Source: Acidimicrobiales bacterium
GTDB lineage: Bacteria; Actinomycetota; Acidimicrobiia; Acidimicrobiales; Palsa-688
Reading direction: 5' to 3'
NCBI GenBank assembly: GCA_049522375.1
Contig: JBEKNX010000001.1
Span: forward strand, 1 to 44,488
Length of the DNA: 44,488 nucleotides
The position numbers and the translations under genes were made by a program. Positions 25,244 to 33,586 of this stretch are shown here, in pieces (position 1 is the stretch's first letter; each line of letters opens with the position of its first letter). Under the pieces are notes generated by a model, which saw only the letters and a list, made by a program, of their open reading frames with translations, was not told the origin of the DNA and did no database searches.

Positions 25244-27346
25244 TCAGGTGCCGGCGACGGCCACCACGGGGAGATGGCCCATAAGGCCGTTCGGCACCGC
25301 GAAGGGTTTGGCGTCGCCGAACCCGAAGACCGAGCCGTCGGACGCGGCCATGAAATAGCCGTCGTTGTCGGGCGTCAGGGCTATGCCGACAATGTCGCTG
25401 GCCGTGACCCCCTCTCCGGGCAGGGAGCCGTGGAAGTCCACCCCTTTCCCGAAGACGAAGGCGCCACCGTCGCGGCCGACCAGGACATAGCCCGTACCGG
25501 CAGACGACGGGAGTATCGCCCGGATGTCGTGCACGTGGGCCCTGATCCCGGGCAGCGAGCCGTAGAAGCGGGCGGGCCCGAAGGCGAACACGCCTCCGTC
25601 CGAGCCCACCAGCACGTACCCGCCGCCAGGCCCGGCGACCATGCCCACTATGTCGTTGACCCGCTTTTTCATTTTCAGGCCGGGGACAGAGCCGTGGTAG
25701 GCGGCGTCGCCGAAGGCAAAAAGCCCGCCGTCCCGTCCGACCAGCCAGTAGCCGCGGCCGTCGTAGGTCGGGGCCAGGGCCACGATGTCCGACGCCTTTA
25801 TGCCCGATCGGGGCAGGTCCCCGCGAGATAGGGCGTCCCCGAAGGCGGCCACCGTCCCGTTGGCGGTGACCACCCAGTAGCCCTTGCCCCCCGGAGCGCC
25901 GGCGATGCCCACCACCGGCCCGGTCACGGCCGTTGTCACGAGGCCGCCCAAGGACGGGGCGGCGCCGGCGCCGTAGACCGAGCCGCCCCGGGTGGCCAGC
26001 CAGTAACCGGGCAACGGCAGGCGCACGGTCTCGCCGTAGAGCCCCGAAGCGGACGGGCCGAAGTCGCTGTCGCCCGAAAAGGCGGCCTCGACCACATGCT
26101 GGCCTCCGGTCCAGTAAGCGACCGAGCAGGCCGCCCGCCCGTTGGCCGAACTTACGGTGATGGACTCACAACCGGCGATGGCGGCGCCGCCGTCGATGAA
26201 GTCGACCGTGCCCCCGTCGGGCGGGGGCGTGACCACGGCCGTGTAGGTCACCGCCTGCCCGATCGAGGCGGGGTTGACCGAGGTCGACATCGACGTCGTG
26301 GTCGAGGTGGTGACCTGGGCGGCCATTGACAACGACCAGGTGCCTGACCTCATGGTCTCGCCCAGCCCGCGGTCCTCGCTCCCATTGTTGTAATAGCCCG
26401 AAGCCACGCACGCGCCGGACGACGGACAGGACACGGCGTTGAGCACGTTGGTGGCCGAGGGTTCGTCCGGGCTTAGGGCCACGGCCCAGGCGGCACCCGA
26501 CAGGGTTTCTATGACCATCTCGTCCGTGGACCCGTTGTAGTAGTAACCCACGGCCACGCACGAGCGCGACGAGGTACAGGCCACAGAGTTGAGGACGTTG
26601 GTGGCCGGGGTCTCGTCCGGACTGTGGACGACCCTCCACCGCCCGCCGGCCAACCTCTCCGCCAGGGTTTGGTCTTTGCTCCCCGTGTAGTAATACCCCA
26701 CGGCATCGCACGAGGTCGATGCCGTACAGGCCACGCCGTTCAAGCCGTTGTTGCTGGGACCTTGATCGGGGCCGGCACTGAGCTCCCATGCCCCTTTGGC
26801 CAGCGTTACCACCAGGTTTTGGTCTTTGCTCCCCGTGTAGTAGTAGCCGACCGCCACGCACGAACCAGCCGACGCGCAGCTCACGGCGCTCAAGAAGTTG
26901 GTGAACGAGCCGTCGTCGGGGCTGGGCGTCACGTGCCACGCGCCTTTGGCCAGCGTCTCGACCAAAGCCTGGTCCATGCTCCCGGTGTAGTAATAGCCCA
27001 CCGCCACGCACGAACCGGCCGCGGGGCACGAAACACTGTTCAAGACGTCGGTGCCGGAGCCTTCGTCGGGACTGGGCATGACGCGCCACGTGCCGTCGGA
27101 GAACGTCTCGACGAGGGTTTGGTTTTTCTCGCCGCTGTCGTAGTAGCCGACCGCCACGCAGGTGCCACCCGGCGGGCAGGACACGCCGTTGAGCTCGTTG
27201 GGCCTGCTGGCGAGGGTGGCCACCCGGGCGGCCGGCACCACCGTGACGAGCACCGCCATCGCCGCCACCATGACGGCCGCACTGACAGCACTGACAGCAC
27301 TGACAGCCCTGGCCGAGCCGACAACCCCGACCCTCCTACCGCGCAT
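25244..27346 (-). CDS. Secreted/anchored multi-repeat protein: 6 Cys-repeats + Ig-like domain + 6-blade beta-propeller-like repeats
   Basis: ATG 27346 with GAGG 7 nt upstream and a hydrophobic N-terminus. Six roughly 47-aa repeats (LNxVSC..G.CVAVGYYY.GS.DQ.LVE.L..G.W.V..SPD). An Ig-like segment (VNPASIGQAVTYTAVVTPPPDGGTVDFIDGG). Six C-terminal repeats (GYWLVGRDGGLFAFGDAAYHGSLPG). Confidence 0.7.
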   Translation of the reverse strand: MRGRRVGVVGSARAVSAVSAVSAAVMVAAMAVLVTVVPAARVATLASRPNELNGVSCPPGGTCVAVGYYDSGEKNQTLVETFSDGTWRVMPSPDEGSGTDVLNSVSCPAAGSCVAVGYYYTGSMDQALVETLAKGAWHVTPSPDDGSFTNFLSAVSCASAGSCVAVGYYYTGSKDQNLVVTLAKGAWELSAGPDQGPSNNGLNGVACTASTSCDAVGYYYTGSKDQTLAERLAGGRWRVVHSPDETPATNVLNSVACTSSRSCVAVGYYYNGSTDEMVIETLSGAAWAVALSPDEPSATNVLNAVSCPSSGACVASGYYNNGSEDRGLGETMRSGTWSLSMAAQVTTSTTTSMSTSVNPASIGQAVTYTAVVTPPPDGGTVDFIDGGAAIAGCESITVSSANGRAACSVAYWTGGQHVVEAAFSGDSDFGPSASGLYGETVRLPLPGYWLATRGGSVYGAGAAPSLGGLVTTAVTGPVVGIAGAPGGKGYWVVTANGTVAAFGDALSRGDLPRSGIKASDIVALAPTYDGRGYWLVGRDGGLFAFGDAAYHGSVPGLKMKKRVNDIVGMVAGPGGGYVLVGSDGGVFAFGPARFYGSLPGIRAHVHDIRAILPSSAGTGYVLVGRDGGAFVFGKGVDFHGSLPGEGVTASDIVGIALTPDNDGYFMAASDGSVFGFGDAKPFAVPNGLMGHLPVVAVAGT
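27281..27307. repeat. 9-bp perfect tandem repeat x3 (actgacagc)
   Basis: In-frame; encodes AVSAVSAVS in the N-terminal region of the 700-aa repeat protein. Confidence 0.85.
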
Positions 27347-27475
27347 GCACAAACCTCGCTCTCTACCTGCCCCGGCCGACGAATTGCCACCAACAATATG
27401 TTGGCGCGTCTAAACGACCCGGCCTTTGACCTCCGGCGTTCCCTGATGGCCCGATTTCGCTCCGCCGAACGGCCT

Positions 27476-27739
27476 TTACGGCCCGGGTCGTCCTGCGTCG
27501 GGCGGGGCCGGGCGCCTCAGCGCCTTCAACGCCTCCAGCTCGGAGGCGGAGGTGGCGGAGGTGGCGGCCTGCCGGTTGGCGGCGGTGAGAGCGGCAAAGA
27601 CCTCTTCCCGGTGGACCTGGATCTCTTTGGGGGCAGTGATACCAAGACGCACCTGGTCCCCTCGGACCTCCAAGACGGTGACAACCACGTCGTGACCGAT
27701 AACGATGCTCTGATGGACGTGCCTGGTTAGCACCAGCAC
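27476..27739 (-). CDS. csrA: Carbon storage regulator / translational repressor CsrA
   Basis: 87 aa. MLVLTRHVHQSIVIGHDVVVTVLEVRGDQVRLGITAPKEIQVHREEV is the canonical CsrA fold sequence. GTG start with AAGGAG 6 nt upstream. Carries a roughly 35-aa C-terminal extension. Confidence 0.9.
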   Translation of the reverse strand: MLVLTRHVHQSIVIGHDVVVTVLEVRGDQVRLGITAPKEIQVHREEVFAALTAANRQAATSATSASELEALKALRRPAPPDAGRPGP

Positions 27740-27795
27740 CTCTCGCTCCTTCCCTGGGCGATGGGCCGGAGCCTAGTAGCTCGACTCGGCCGGCG

Positions 27796-28221
27796 CTAAG
27801 GGCGACTGACGATCGGGGCGGCGGGAGAGTGGCCCGAGCCGGACAGCACGGCTTGCACGGCCTGGCCCGTGGCCTTGTTGATCACCAACGGGCCAAGCAG
27901 GTTGGCGGTGCTCTTCTCCGCCGTGCCGTGCAGCGTGAGGATGACGAGGACCAGCACGTCGTCAGGACCGCCGGCATCCACCGCCGGGAAGACCTCCGGA
28001 GCGAACCGGGGTTCGTACCCGGGGAAGAAGACGGCCGGCCGTACAGCGACGAACCGCAGCCCGACCACCTCGTGGCACTCCAGGACTAAGAAGGGGCTCG
28101 GCTCGGTCCCCCATGGCTTGACGGTAAAGGACTTGGCCAGCGGGAAACCGGGTACACCGGCGGCGAAATGCAGCTCGGCGTGGTCCTGGTCCGTCTGGGG
28201 CAGCACGCTTATGGCCGTCAT
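27796..28221 (-). CDS. fliW: Flagellar assembly factor FliW
   Basis: 141 aa. FAAGVPGFPLAKSFTV, PFLVLE and ANLLGPLVIN are FliW motifs. ATGA overlap with the flgL stop. Confidence 0.9.
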   Translation of the reverse strand: MTAISVLPQTDQDHAELHFAAGVPGFPLAKSFTVKPWGTEPSPFLVLECHEVVGLRFVAVRPAVFFPGYEPRFAPEVFPAVDAGGPDDVLVLVILTLHGTAEKSTANLLGPLVINKATGQAVQAVLSGSGHSPAAPIVSRP

Positions 28222-29162
28222 GAGAGGAACTGCACTAGAGAGGGCTGGATGATCTTGGCCGTCGTTTCCAGCGCCGCCTGGTAGGACGTTTCCTCCAGGT
28301 CGAGCTGGGCGGCCACCTGGTCCTCGCTGGCGTCGGTCAGGTTGGCGACCTGGTCCTGAATGGCGGTGACCTTGTTGCTGACCACGGATGCGTCGGTGGC
28401 CAGGGAGGCTCCCAGGGCCCCGACGGTCCCCTGAGCCTGCGTGGCCGTATTTACGGCCGTCCGCAGTTGGCTGAGGTCCGAGCCGCTCAGCGCCGTGGTG
28501 TTGCCGTTGGCCAGGTCCTGAGAGATGGTGTCCAGCAAGGCGAACACACTGGTGGAGCCCGACCCGAAGACCTGTTGGCCAGTGAGGCTCACGTTGACGG
28601 TCTGGCCGGGCGAGACCACCCGGGTGACCGGCGTCGCGCCGCCGGCGTAGGCGTAGGCGACGTCGGCGTCGTAGGAGGAACTGGTGGGGTCGCTGACCCC
28701 GCTCGCCCCGCCCTGGGGGTAGGGCGCCACCCCGTACGTGCCCGAAAAGATGGGCCGGTTGTTGTACGTGGTCGAGGCCAGGCTCAAGAGCTCTTGCTTT
28801 ATGCTCAGGACCTCCTGGGACAGGGCCTGGCTGCCCCCGGGTTGGGCCGTGGTGTTGGCCCCGGAAAGTACGTCCGTTTGCACCTGGTCGAGGCCTTTGA
28901 CCACCGAGCCCAACGTGGTGTCGGCCGTGTTCAGCCAGGACTGGCCGTCGGAGATGTTGGAGGAGTACTGCTGGAAACGGCCGAGCTGAGCGTTGAGCGC
29001 CAGGACTTCGGAGGTACCGGCGGGGTTGTCGGAGGGCTGGTTGATGGCCTTGCCGGTAGCCGCCTCTTCCTGGAGCTGGGTGAGCTGGGAAAGGCCCGAC
29101 TGGAGGTCCGCCACCATCAGGATGGTGGCGCTCTGCTGGGTAACGCGGGAGACGTCGGACAT
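28218..29162 (-). CDS. flgL: Flagellar hook-associated protein 3 FlgL
   Basis: 314 aa. Flagellin-like N-terminus (LQEEAATGKAINQPSDNPAG) and C-terminus (TAKIIQPSLVQFLS). Positioned after flgK. Confidence 0.85.
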   Translation of the reverse strand: MSDVSRVTQQSATILMVADLQSGLSQLTQLQEEAATGKAINQPSDNPAGTSEVLALNAQLGRFQQYSSNISDGQSWLNTADTTLGSVVKGLDQVQTDVLSGANTTAQPGGSQALSQEVLSIKQELLSLASTTYNNRPIFSGTYGVAPYPQGGASGVSDPTSSSYDADVAYAYAGGATPVTRVVSPGQTVNVSLTGQQVFGSGSTSVFALLDTISQDLANGNTTALSGSDLSQLRTAVNTATQAQGTVGALGASLATDASVVSNKVTAIQDQVANLTDASEDQVAAQLDLEETSYQAALETTAKIIQPSLVQFLS

Positions 29163-29167
29163 GGCCG

Positions 29168-30637
29168 CTACCCGTTGACCATCGATACGAGGGACTGGAG
29201 GACGTCGTCGACGGTGCTTATGAACTTGGCCGAGGCGTCATAAGCGTTCTGGTACATGACCATGTTGGTCATCTCTTGGTCCGTGTTGACGCCGGTGGCC
29301 GACTGGAGCGCCGAATTGACGTTGGTCGTGACCGCTTGCTGGTTGGTCAGGCTGTTGTTGACCGTAGAAGTGGCCTGGCCTATCCCCGTCACGAGCTGGT
29401 TGTAAGCAACATCCGCCTCGGGCCCGGTGGTCGTGGAGGCACCGGTCCAGGACGTGGCTGACGCGCCGGCCGACCATCCGCCGGACGGCTCCCCAATAGT
29501 GACAGTTTGGGAGTTGGGCATTTCCCCGACCTCGGCGGCCAGGCTCCCGTCCTGGTTGGTGGCCGACGAGCCCGATGGTACGGGCGTGGACGCCGCGGCG
29601 ATGAGCGACGGGTCGGCGGCCACGGCCGGGTTCACTTCGATGTCAGAGGCCCCGGTGCCCAGGAAGAAAGGGGCCCCCGGGTTGCCGTTGAGGTCGTAAC
29701 CCGTGCTCATCAGGTAGTTGACCGAGCCCATGAGGCTCTGGGACACCTGGTCCAGGTCCTGTTGGTAGCCGGGGACGTACTGGTTGAGCACGGCCAGGTC
29801 CCCGGCCAGTTCCCCGCTGCTGGGCTGGAAACTCGACTGGTCCTGGCTCCACACCAGCGAATAGGGCGGCCCGCCGCTCGACAGGGACAGCGTCTGGGAA
29901 TTGACCCCGGACACCAGCGCTTCACTGCCGGCGTAGACGTTGGCCGTCCCGTTGGCGTTGTAGGTGACATTGACGCCCAGCTGGTTGGACAGCTGTGAGA
30001 TCAGCTGGTCGCGCTGGTCGGCCAGCTCGGCGGAGTTCGAACTGTCCGGCGAGGCCTGGAGCATCTGCTGGTTGAGCGAGGCTATCTGCGCCGCCTCCTG
30101 GTTGACCTGTGCCAGCGTGCTCGTCGTGGCCTGGACGGTCTGCTGGCCGAGCGTGTTGAGAGCGGCGGAGGTCTGGTTGAGCGACGAGGTGAGGCTGGCC
30201 GCGTCCTGGACCAGAGTCGAGCGGGTGGCGCCGTCGGACGGGTTGTTGGCCAGGGTCGACCAGTCCTGCCAGAACTGGTTGAGCTGGGACGATATCCCGG
30301 TCGTGGACGGCTCGGGGAAGTTCTCCTGCACGGCCTGGAGACCGGTTTGCTGGGCCGTGAGCATGCCCTGGTTGCCCTGCTCGGTATAGCTGCGCTGCTG
30401 CAGGTACGTGTTGCTGAGGCGCTGGATCCCCGCCACCTCGACACCGTCACCGGGTTGGGCAGACGCGCTCTGGTCGAAGCCCAGGTGCTGGACGGCGCCG
30501 ACCGCGCCGAGCTGGACCTGTTCTTCGACATAGCCCGGCGTGCTGGCGTTGGCAACGTTCTGGCCCACGGTGTCCAGGGCCACCTGCTGTGCCTCCAGCC
30601 CGGAGAGCCCGACGGTCAGGTCCGAAAAGTCGCTCAA
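29168..30637 (-). CDS. flgK: Flagellar hook-associated protein 1 FlgK
   Basis: 489 aa. TTG start with GAGGTGAT upstream. N-terminal GLSGLEAQQVALDTVGQNVANASTPGY rod/hook motif and C-terminal MVMYQNAYDASAKFISTVDDVL. Confidence 0.9.
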   Translation of the reverse strand: MSDFSDLTVGLSGLEAQQVALDTVGQNVANASTPGYVEEQVQLGAVGAVQHLGFDQSASAQPGDGVEVAGIQRLSNTYLQQRSYTEQGNQGMLTAQQTGLQAVQENFPEPSTTGISSQLNQFWQDWSTLANNPSDGATRSTLVQDAASLTSSLNQTSAALNTLGQQTVQATTSTLAQVNQEAAQIASLNQQMLQASPDSSNSAELADQRDQLISQLSNQLGVNVTYNANGTANVYAGSEALVSGVNSQTLSLSSGGPPYSLVWSQDQSSFQPSSGELAGDLAVLNQYVPGYQQDLDQVSQSLMGSVNYLMSTGYDLNGNPGAPFFLGTGASDIEVNPAVAADPSLIAAASTPVPSGSSATNQDGSLAAEVGEMPNSQTVTIGEPSGGWSAGASATSWTGASTTTGPEADVAYNQLVTGIGQATSTVNNSLTNQQAVTTNVNSALQSATGVNTDQEMTNMVMYQNAYDASAKFISTVDDVLQSLVSMVNG

Positions 30638-30649
30638 AGTTCGATCACC

Positions 30650-31168
30650 TCAGATCGTTTCGTTCACGAGAAGATGGCCGGCGGGGGACTGCGAAGCCAC
30701 GCCGGTCGACGTGTAGGCCTGGGCCGGGGGGCCGGCGTTGCCGGTGAGCCAGTTGAGCGCCTCCCGGGCCGCGTCCCGGCCCTTGGCCAGCAGATGGCGG
30801 TTGCGCTCGGACAGGTCACGCACTTCGCTCGTCAGCTCGAGGAACGCCTGGCGGTGGCGGGCAAAGATCGAAGACCACGGTTCAGGGGCGGCCTGGGAGA
30901 GCGAGCGCAGTCCCGGGTAGGAGGGGAGCCCGAGCTCTATGGCGGCGCCTTCCACCTTGACCGCCCGCAAGAGCTCGGCCGCTCGCAACTGGTCGAGCAC
31001 GATCTCGACCTCCCGGGAGGCGTGGTTGACCCACCTGGCCTTCCCGGCATTGAGGAGCAGCTGCTCTTCCTCCAGTTTGAACACGAGGAGCTCCAGCAGC
31101 TGCCGCTCGCGCCACAGCACGGTGGACACCTCGTTCAGGACCTGGTCTCGCTCGTCTCCTCGCTCCAC
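30650..31168 (-). CDS. flgN: FlgN-family flagellar export chaperone
   Basis: LNEVSTVLWRERQLLELLVFKLEEEQLLL is a typical FlgN N-terminus. The ORF is open to GTG 31237, but a sigma-28-like promoter inside that extension places the predicted TSS at GTG 31168. Confidence 0.75.
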   Translation of the reverse strand: MERGDERDQVLNEVSTVLWRERQLLELLVFKLEEEQLLLNAGKARWVNHASREVEIVLDQLRAAELLRAVKVEGAAIELGLPSYPGLRSLSQAAPEPWSSIFARHRQAFLELTSEVRDLSERNRHLLAKGRDAAREALNWLTGNAGPPAQAYTSTGVASQSPAGHLLVNETI

Positions 31169-31175
31169 ATGGGGT

Positions 31176-31203
31176 TCATCGGTACGGCCGGTCAGCACCT
31201 GAG
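31176..31203 (-). promoter_or_regulatory. Sigma-28-type promoter candidate for flgN-flgK-flgL-fliW-csrA (leaderless geometry)
   Basis: The minus strand reads CTCAG-N15-ACCGATGA-N7-GTG(31168). Confidence 0.5.
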
Positions 31204-31360
31204 GGCCCAAGAAGAGAAATCTCCGAAATTTCGCCACACTGAGAGAGATTCATGGGCTAAGTTGACCACACAACGTAGTATTCCGAGCCCGAAAACGGCG
31301 AAATAAGCGATTTCATATAGCTTCATTAGTTTTCGTGACTAGCCCATTTAGGTCACCCCG

Positions 31361-31372
31361 GGACTTAAGTCC
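31361..31372. promoter_or_regulatory. 12-bp perfect palindrome ggacttaagtcc abutting the fliA promoter -35
   Basis: Perfect dyad in the AT-richer flgN/fliA divergent region, ending 1 nt before the CTAAA -35-like element. Candidate operator. Confidence 0.35.
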
Positions 31373-31373
31373 T

Positions 31374-31402
31374 CTAAAGATCCGGGCCACCTGGCCCGAT
31401 GT
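31374..31402 (+). promoter_or_regulatory. Sigma-28-type promoter candidate upstream of fliA (autoregulation, leaderless geometry)
   Basis: CTAAA-N16-CCCGATGT-N6-GTG(31409). The distance from the pentamer start to the start codon is 35 nt, the same as at four other sites in the locus. Confidence 0.45.
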
Positions 31403-31408
31403 GACAAA

Positions 31409-32341
31409 GTGCCCTGGGGTCAGCCTGAGACTGGTGTCCGGACCGGCGGCCGTCGCGTCGCCGCTGGCAACTCCTCAGCCGTGCACGAGCAGGCCAAGGC
31501 GCAAGAAGAGCTCGTGCGTTCTCATTTGCCTCTGGTCAACTACATGGTCTCTGAGATCGCCGGGCGCATCCCCCGCCACGTCTGCCGTACCGACCTCGTC
31601 TCCGCCGGCATGGCCGGGCTGGCCCAAGCGGCCAAGTCGTACCAGCCCGGCCGGGGCGTCACGTTCCAGCGCTTCGCGTCCTCACGCATCCGGGGCGCCA
31701 TACTGGACGAGCTTCGTGCCCGCGACTGGGCCAGCCGGTCCGTGCGAGCCAAGGCCCGGGACCTGGCCCAGGTCACCGACAAACTGACGGCCAAGCTCGG
31801 GCGCCAGCCCTCGGCGGCCGAGGTCGCCGCGGTCATGGGTACCAGCGCCGACGAGCTCGATGCCCTAAACGCCGACGTCTACCGCGCCCTGGTCCTCAAC
31901 CTCGACGCCCTGCCGGTGGAGGGCAAGAGCGAGGAGAGCCTGTTCTCGGGCACTCCTGCGCCGGACGAGGACGTCCTCGACAACGAGAAGCGCGCTTACC
32001 TGGTGGCGGCCGTGGACAGCCTTCCCGAGCGCTTGCGCCGGGTGGTCGTCGGCTACTTCTTCGAAGAGCTGCCCATGCAGGTGCTGGCCGAGGAGCTGGG
32101 GGTCACGGACTCCCGCATCTCCCAGATGCGGGCCGAAGCCCTGGTGCTGTTGCGTGACGCCATCAATTCCCAGCTCGACCCGGACCTCGTCCAGCCCGAG
32201 GCCTCCGAGCGGGTGGCCAAGCGCCGCTACGCCTATTACGCCGCCGTGGCCGCCCATGACGACTACCGCCGGCGTCTCGACCCCTCGGCCGGCCAGCTCG
32301 CCAGCCTGGCCAAGCGCAACGACCTCGCCGCCCTGGCCTAA
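31409..32341 (+). CDS. fliA: FliA/WhiG-family (sigma-28) RNA polymerase sigma factor
   Basis: LVRSHLPLVNYMVSEIAGRIP (region 2), FQRFASSRIRGAILDELR, and MQVLAEELGVTDSRISQMRAEAL (region 4.2 HTH). Start is GTG 31409 (favoured by promoter geometry) or GTG 31481. About 55-60 residues follow region 4.2. Confidence 0.9.
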   Translation: MPWGQPETGVRTGGRRVAAGNSSAVHEQAKAQEELVRSHLPLVNYMVSEIAGRIPRHVCRTDLVSAGMAGLAQAAKSYQPGRGVTFQRFASSRIRGAILDELRARDWASRSVRAKARDLAQVTDKLTAKLGRQPSAAEVAAVMGTSADELDALNADVYRALVLNLDALPVEGKSEESLFSGTPAPDEDVLDNEKRAYLVAAVDSLPERLRRVVVGYFFEELPMQVLAEELGVTDSRISQMRAEALVLLRDAINSQLDPDLVQPEASERVAKRRYAYYAAVAAHDDYRRRLDPSAGQLASLAKRNDLAALA

Positions 32342-32416
32342 CGCCACCCTCGTTTGGCCCAGCCTCGTTCAGCCTGCCGTGCTCAGGGGCGTGCGGTAGT
32401 CCGCGTGGCTCATCGG

Positions 32417-32444
32417 CTCAGGTGCCGCCCCCGGGTGCCGAGGG
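32417..32444 (+). promoter_or_regulatory. Weaker sigma-28-like promoter candidate for the first GT2-TPR gene
   Basis: CTCAG-N15-GCCGAGGG-N7-GTG(32452). The geometry is exact, but the conserved T of CGAT is replaced by G. Confidence 0.3.
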
Positions 32445-32451
32445 AGAACCT

Positions 32452-33582
32452 GTGAGGCTAGGCCTTTTGAGCGTTGTCATGCCTGCCTTCAACCCGGGCA
32501 GGTTTTTGTTGCCCGCGATCGAAAGCGTCCTGGGCCAAAGCTGGCAGGACCTCGAGCTCATCGTGGTCAACGACGGGTCAACCGACGGCTCGACGGAGAT
32601 CCTTTCTGCGGTCCGGGACCGTCGACTGCGGGTCATAAACCAGGAAAACGCCGGGGAAAGCGCGGCGCGCAACACTGGCCTGCAGCATTGCCAGGGCGAG
32701 TACATAATGTGGAACGATGCTGACGACATCTCGCTCCCCCACCGGGCCGCCACTCTCGTCGATGCCCTCGAAGGGTCAGCCGCCAGCTTTGCCCACTCCG
32801 ACATGCTCCTCGTCGACGCGGACGGAGCCCCGCTGGGGTACTGGCAGGCGGCACCGGTGCCCCCCGCCCGCATGCTCCAGTTCCTCCTGAGAGTCGGCAC
32901 GCCGTTCAACAACGCGTCCATGCTCGTGCGGGCCGAGGTCTTTTCCGGCTTGAGCTTCAACCGATCTTTGTTGATAGGCACCGACACAGACATGGTCCGC
33001 CAGTTCGCCCCCGAAAAGCCGGGCGTGTACGTGCCCGAGCCGCTCCTGCTCTACCGTCGGTGGGCTGGCACCGCCACCAATGGCGGCAGCTCGGCACAGG
33101 AGACGGACCAGGTCGAAGTACTGCTCGGGGCCCACAGTCCCGAAGAGCTCGTGCCAGAAGCGAAAACGGGGCGGGACCAAGAGTGCTGGCGTCCGGTGGC
33201 GCTTGCCCTGGTGGCGTTGGCATTGGTCCGTCGAGGACTTGTGGACAGTGGGGCCCGACGCCTGCAAGCCGCGGCGAGCGGCTGTCCTGAGGCCGCACGG
33301 CCCTTGGTGGCGGCAGTGGCCGCCTTGTGCGAAGGCAACCTTCGCAGCGCTGAGACTTGCCTTTCTCTTTGCGGTGACGGCGACGCCATCGCCGTGAACC
33401 TGAGGGGAGAGATCCACGCTCAACGCGGGGAGTGGACGGCAGCGACCGCCGCCTTCCGGGATGCGCTCGCCATCGACCCGTCCTACTACGAGCCCGTCCT
33501 CAACCTCCGAGGTGCAGGAGGGGCGAGAGGCATGAACCTGGTTGACCGCACGTGGGCTCGTTTTGTGCCCCGGGCGGCGTAG
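32452..33582 (+). CDS. Glycosyltransferase family 2 with C-terminal TPR-like region
   Basis: LSVVMPAFNPGRFLLPAIESVLGQSWQDLELIVVNDGSTDGS and NDADDIS (DxD) indicate a GT-A fold. The C-terminal GEIHAQRGEWTAATAAFRDALAIDPSYYEPVLNL is TPR-like. The ORF is open from GTG 32422. Confidence 0.8.
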   Translation: MRLGLLSVVMPAFNPGRFLLPAIESVLGQSWQDLELIVVNDGSTDGSTEILSAVRDRRLRVINQENAGESAARNTGLQHCQGEYIMWNDADDISLPHRAATLVDALEGSAASFAHSDMLLVDADGAPLGYWQAAPVPPARMLQFLLRVGTPFNNASMLVRAEVFSGLSFNRSLLIGTDTDMVRQFAPEKPGVYVPEPLLLYRRWAGTATNGGSSAQETDQVEVLLGAHSPEELVPEAKTGRDQECWRPVALALVALALVRRGLVDSGARRLQAAASGCPEAARPLVAAVAALCEGNLRSAETCLSLCGDGDAIAVNLRGEIHAQRGEWTAATAAFRDALAIDPSYYEPVLNLRGAGGARGMNLVDRTWARFVPRAA

Positions 33583-33586
33583 CCCT

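Noticed and set aside
27390-27404. ccaaca-ata-tgttgg inverted repeat upstream of the 700-aa protein gene, considered as an operator feature.
   Set aside because: It has only 6-bp arms, which is too short to exclude chance. It is mentioned inside the repeat-protein finding only.
32410-32417. GCCGATGA on the minus strand downstream of fliA, considered as an antisense sigma-28 promoter.
   Set aside because: The position 15 nt upstream reads CACCC rather than a T(A/C)A-type -35, and there is no start codon or gene in the right place.
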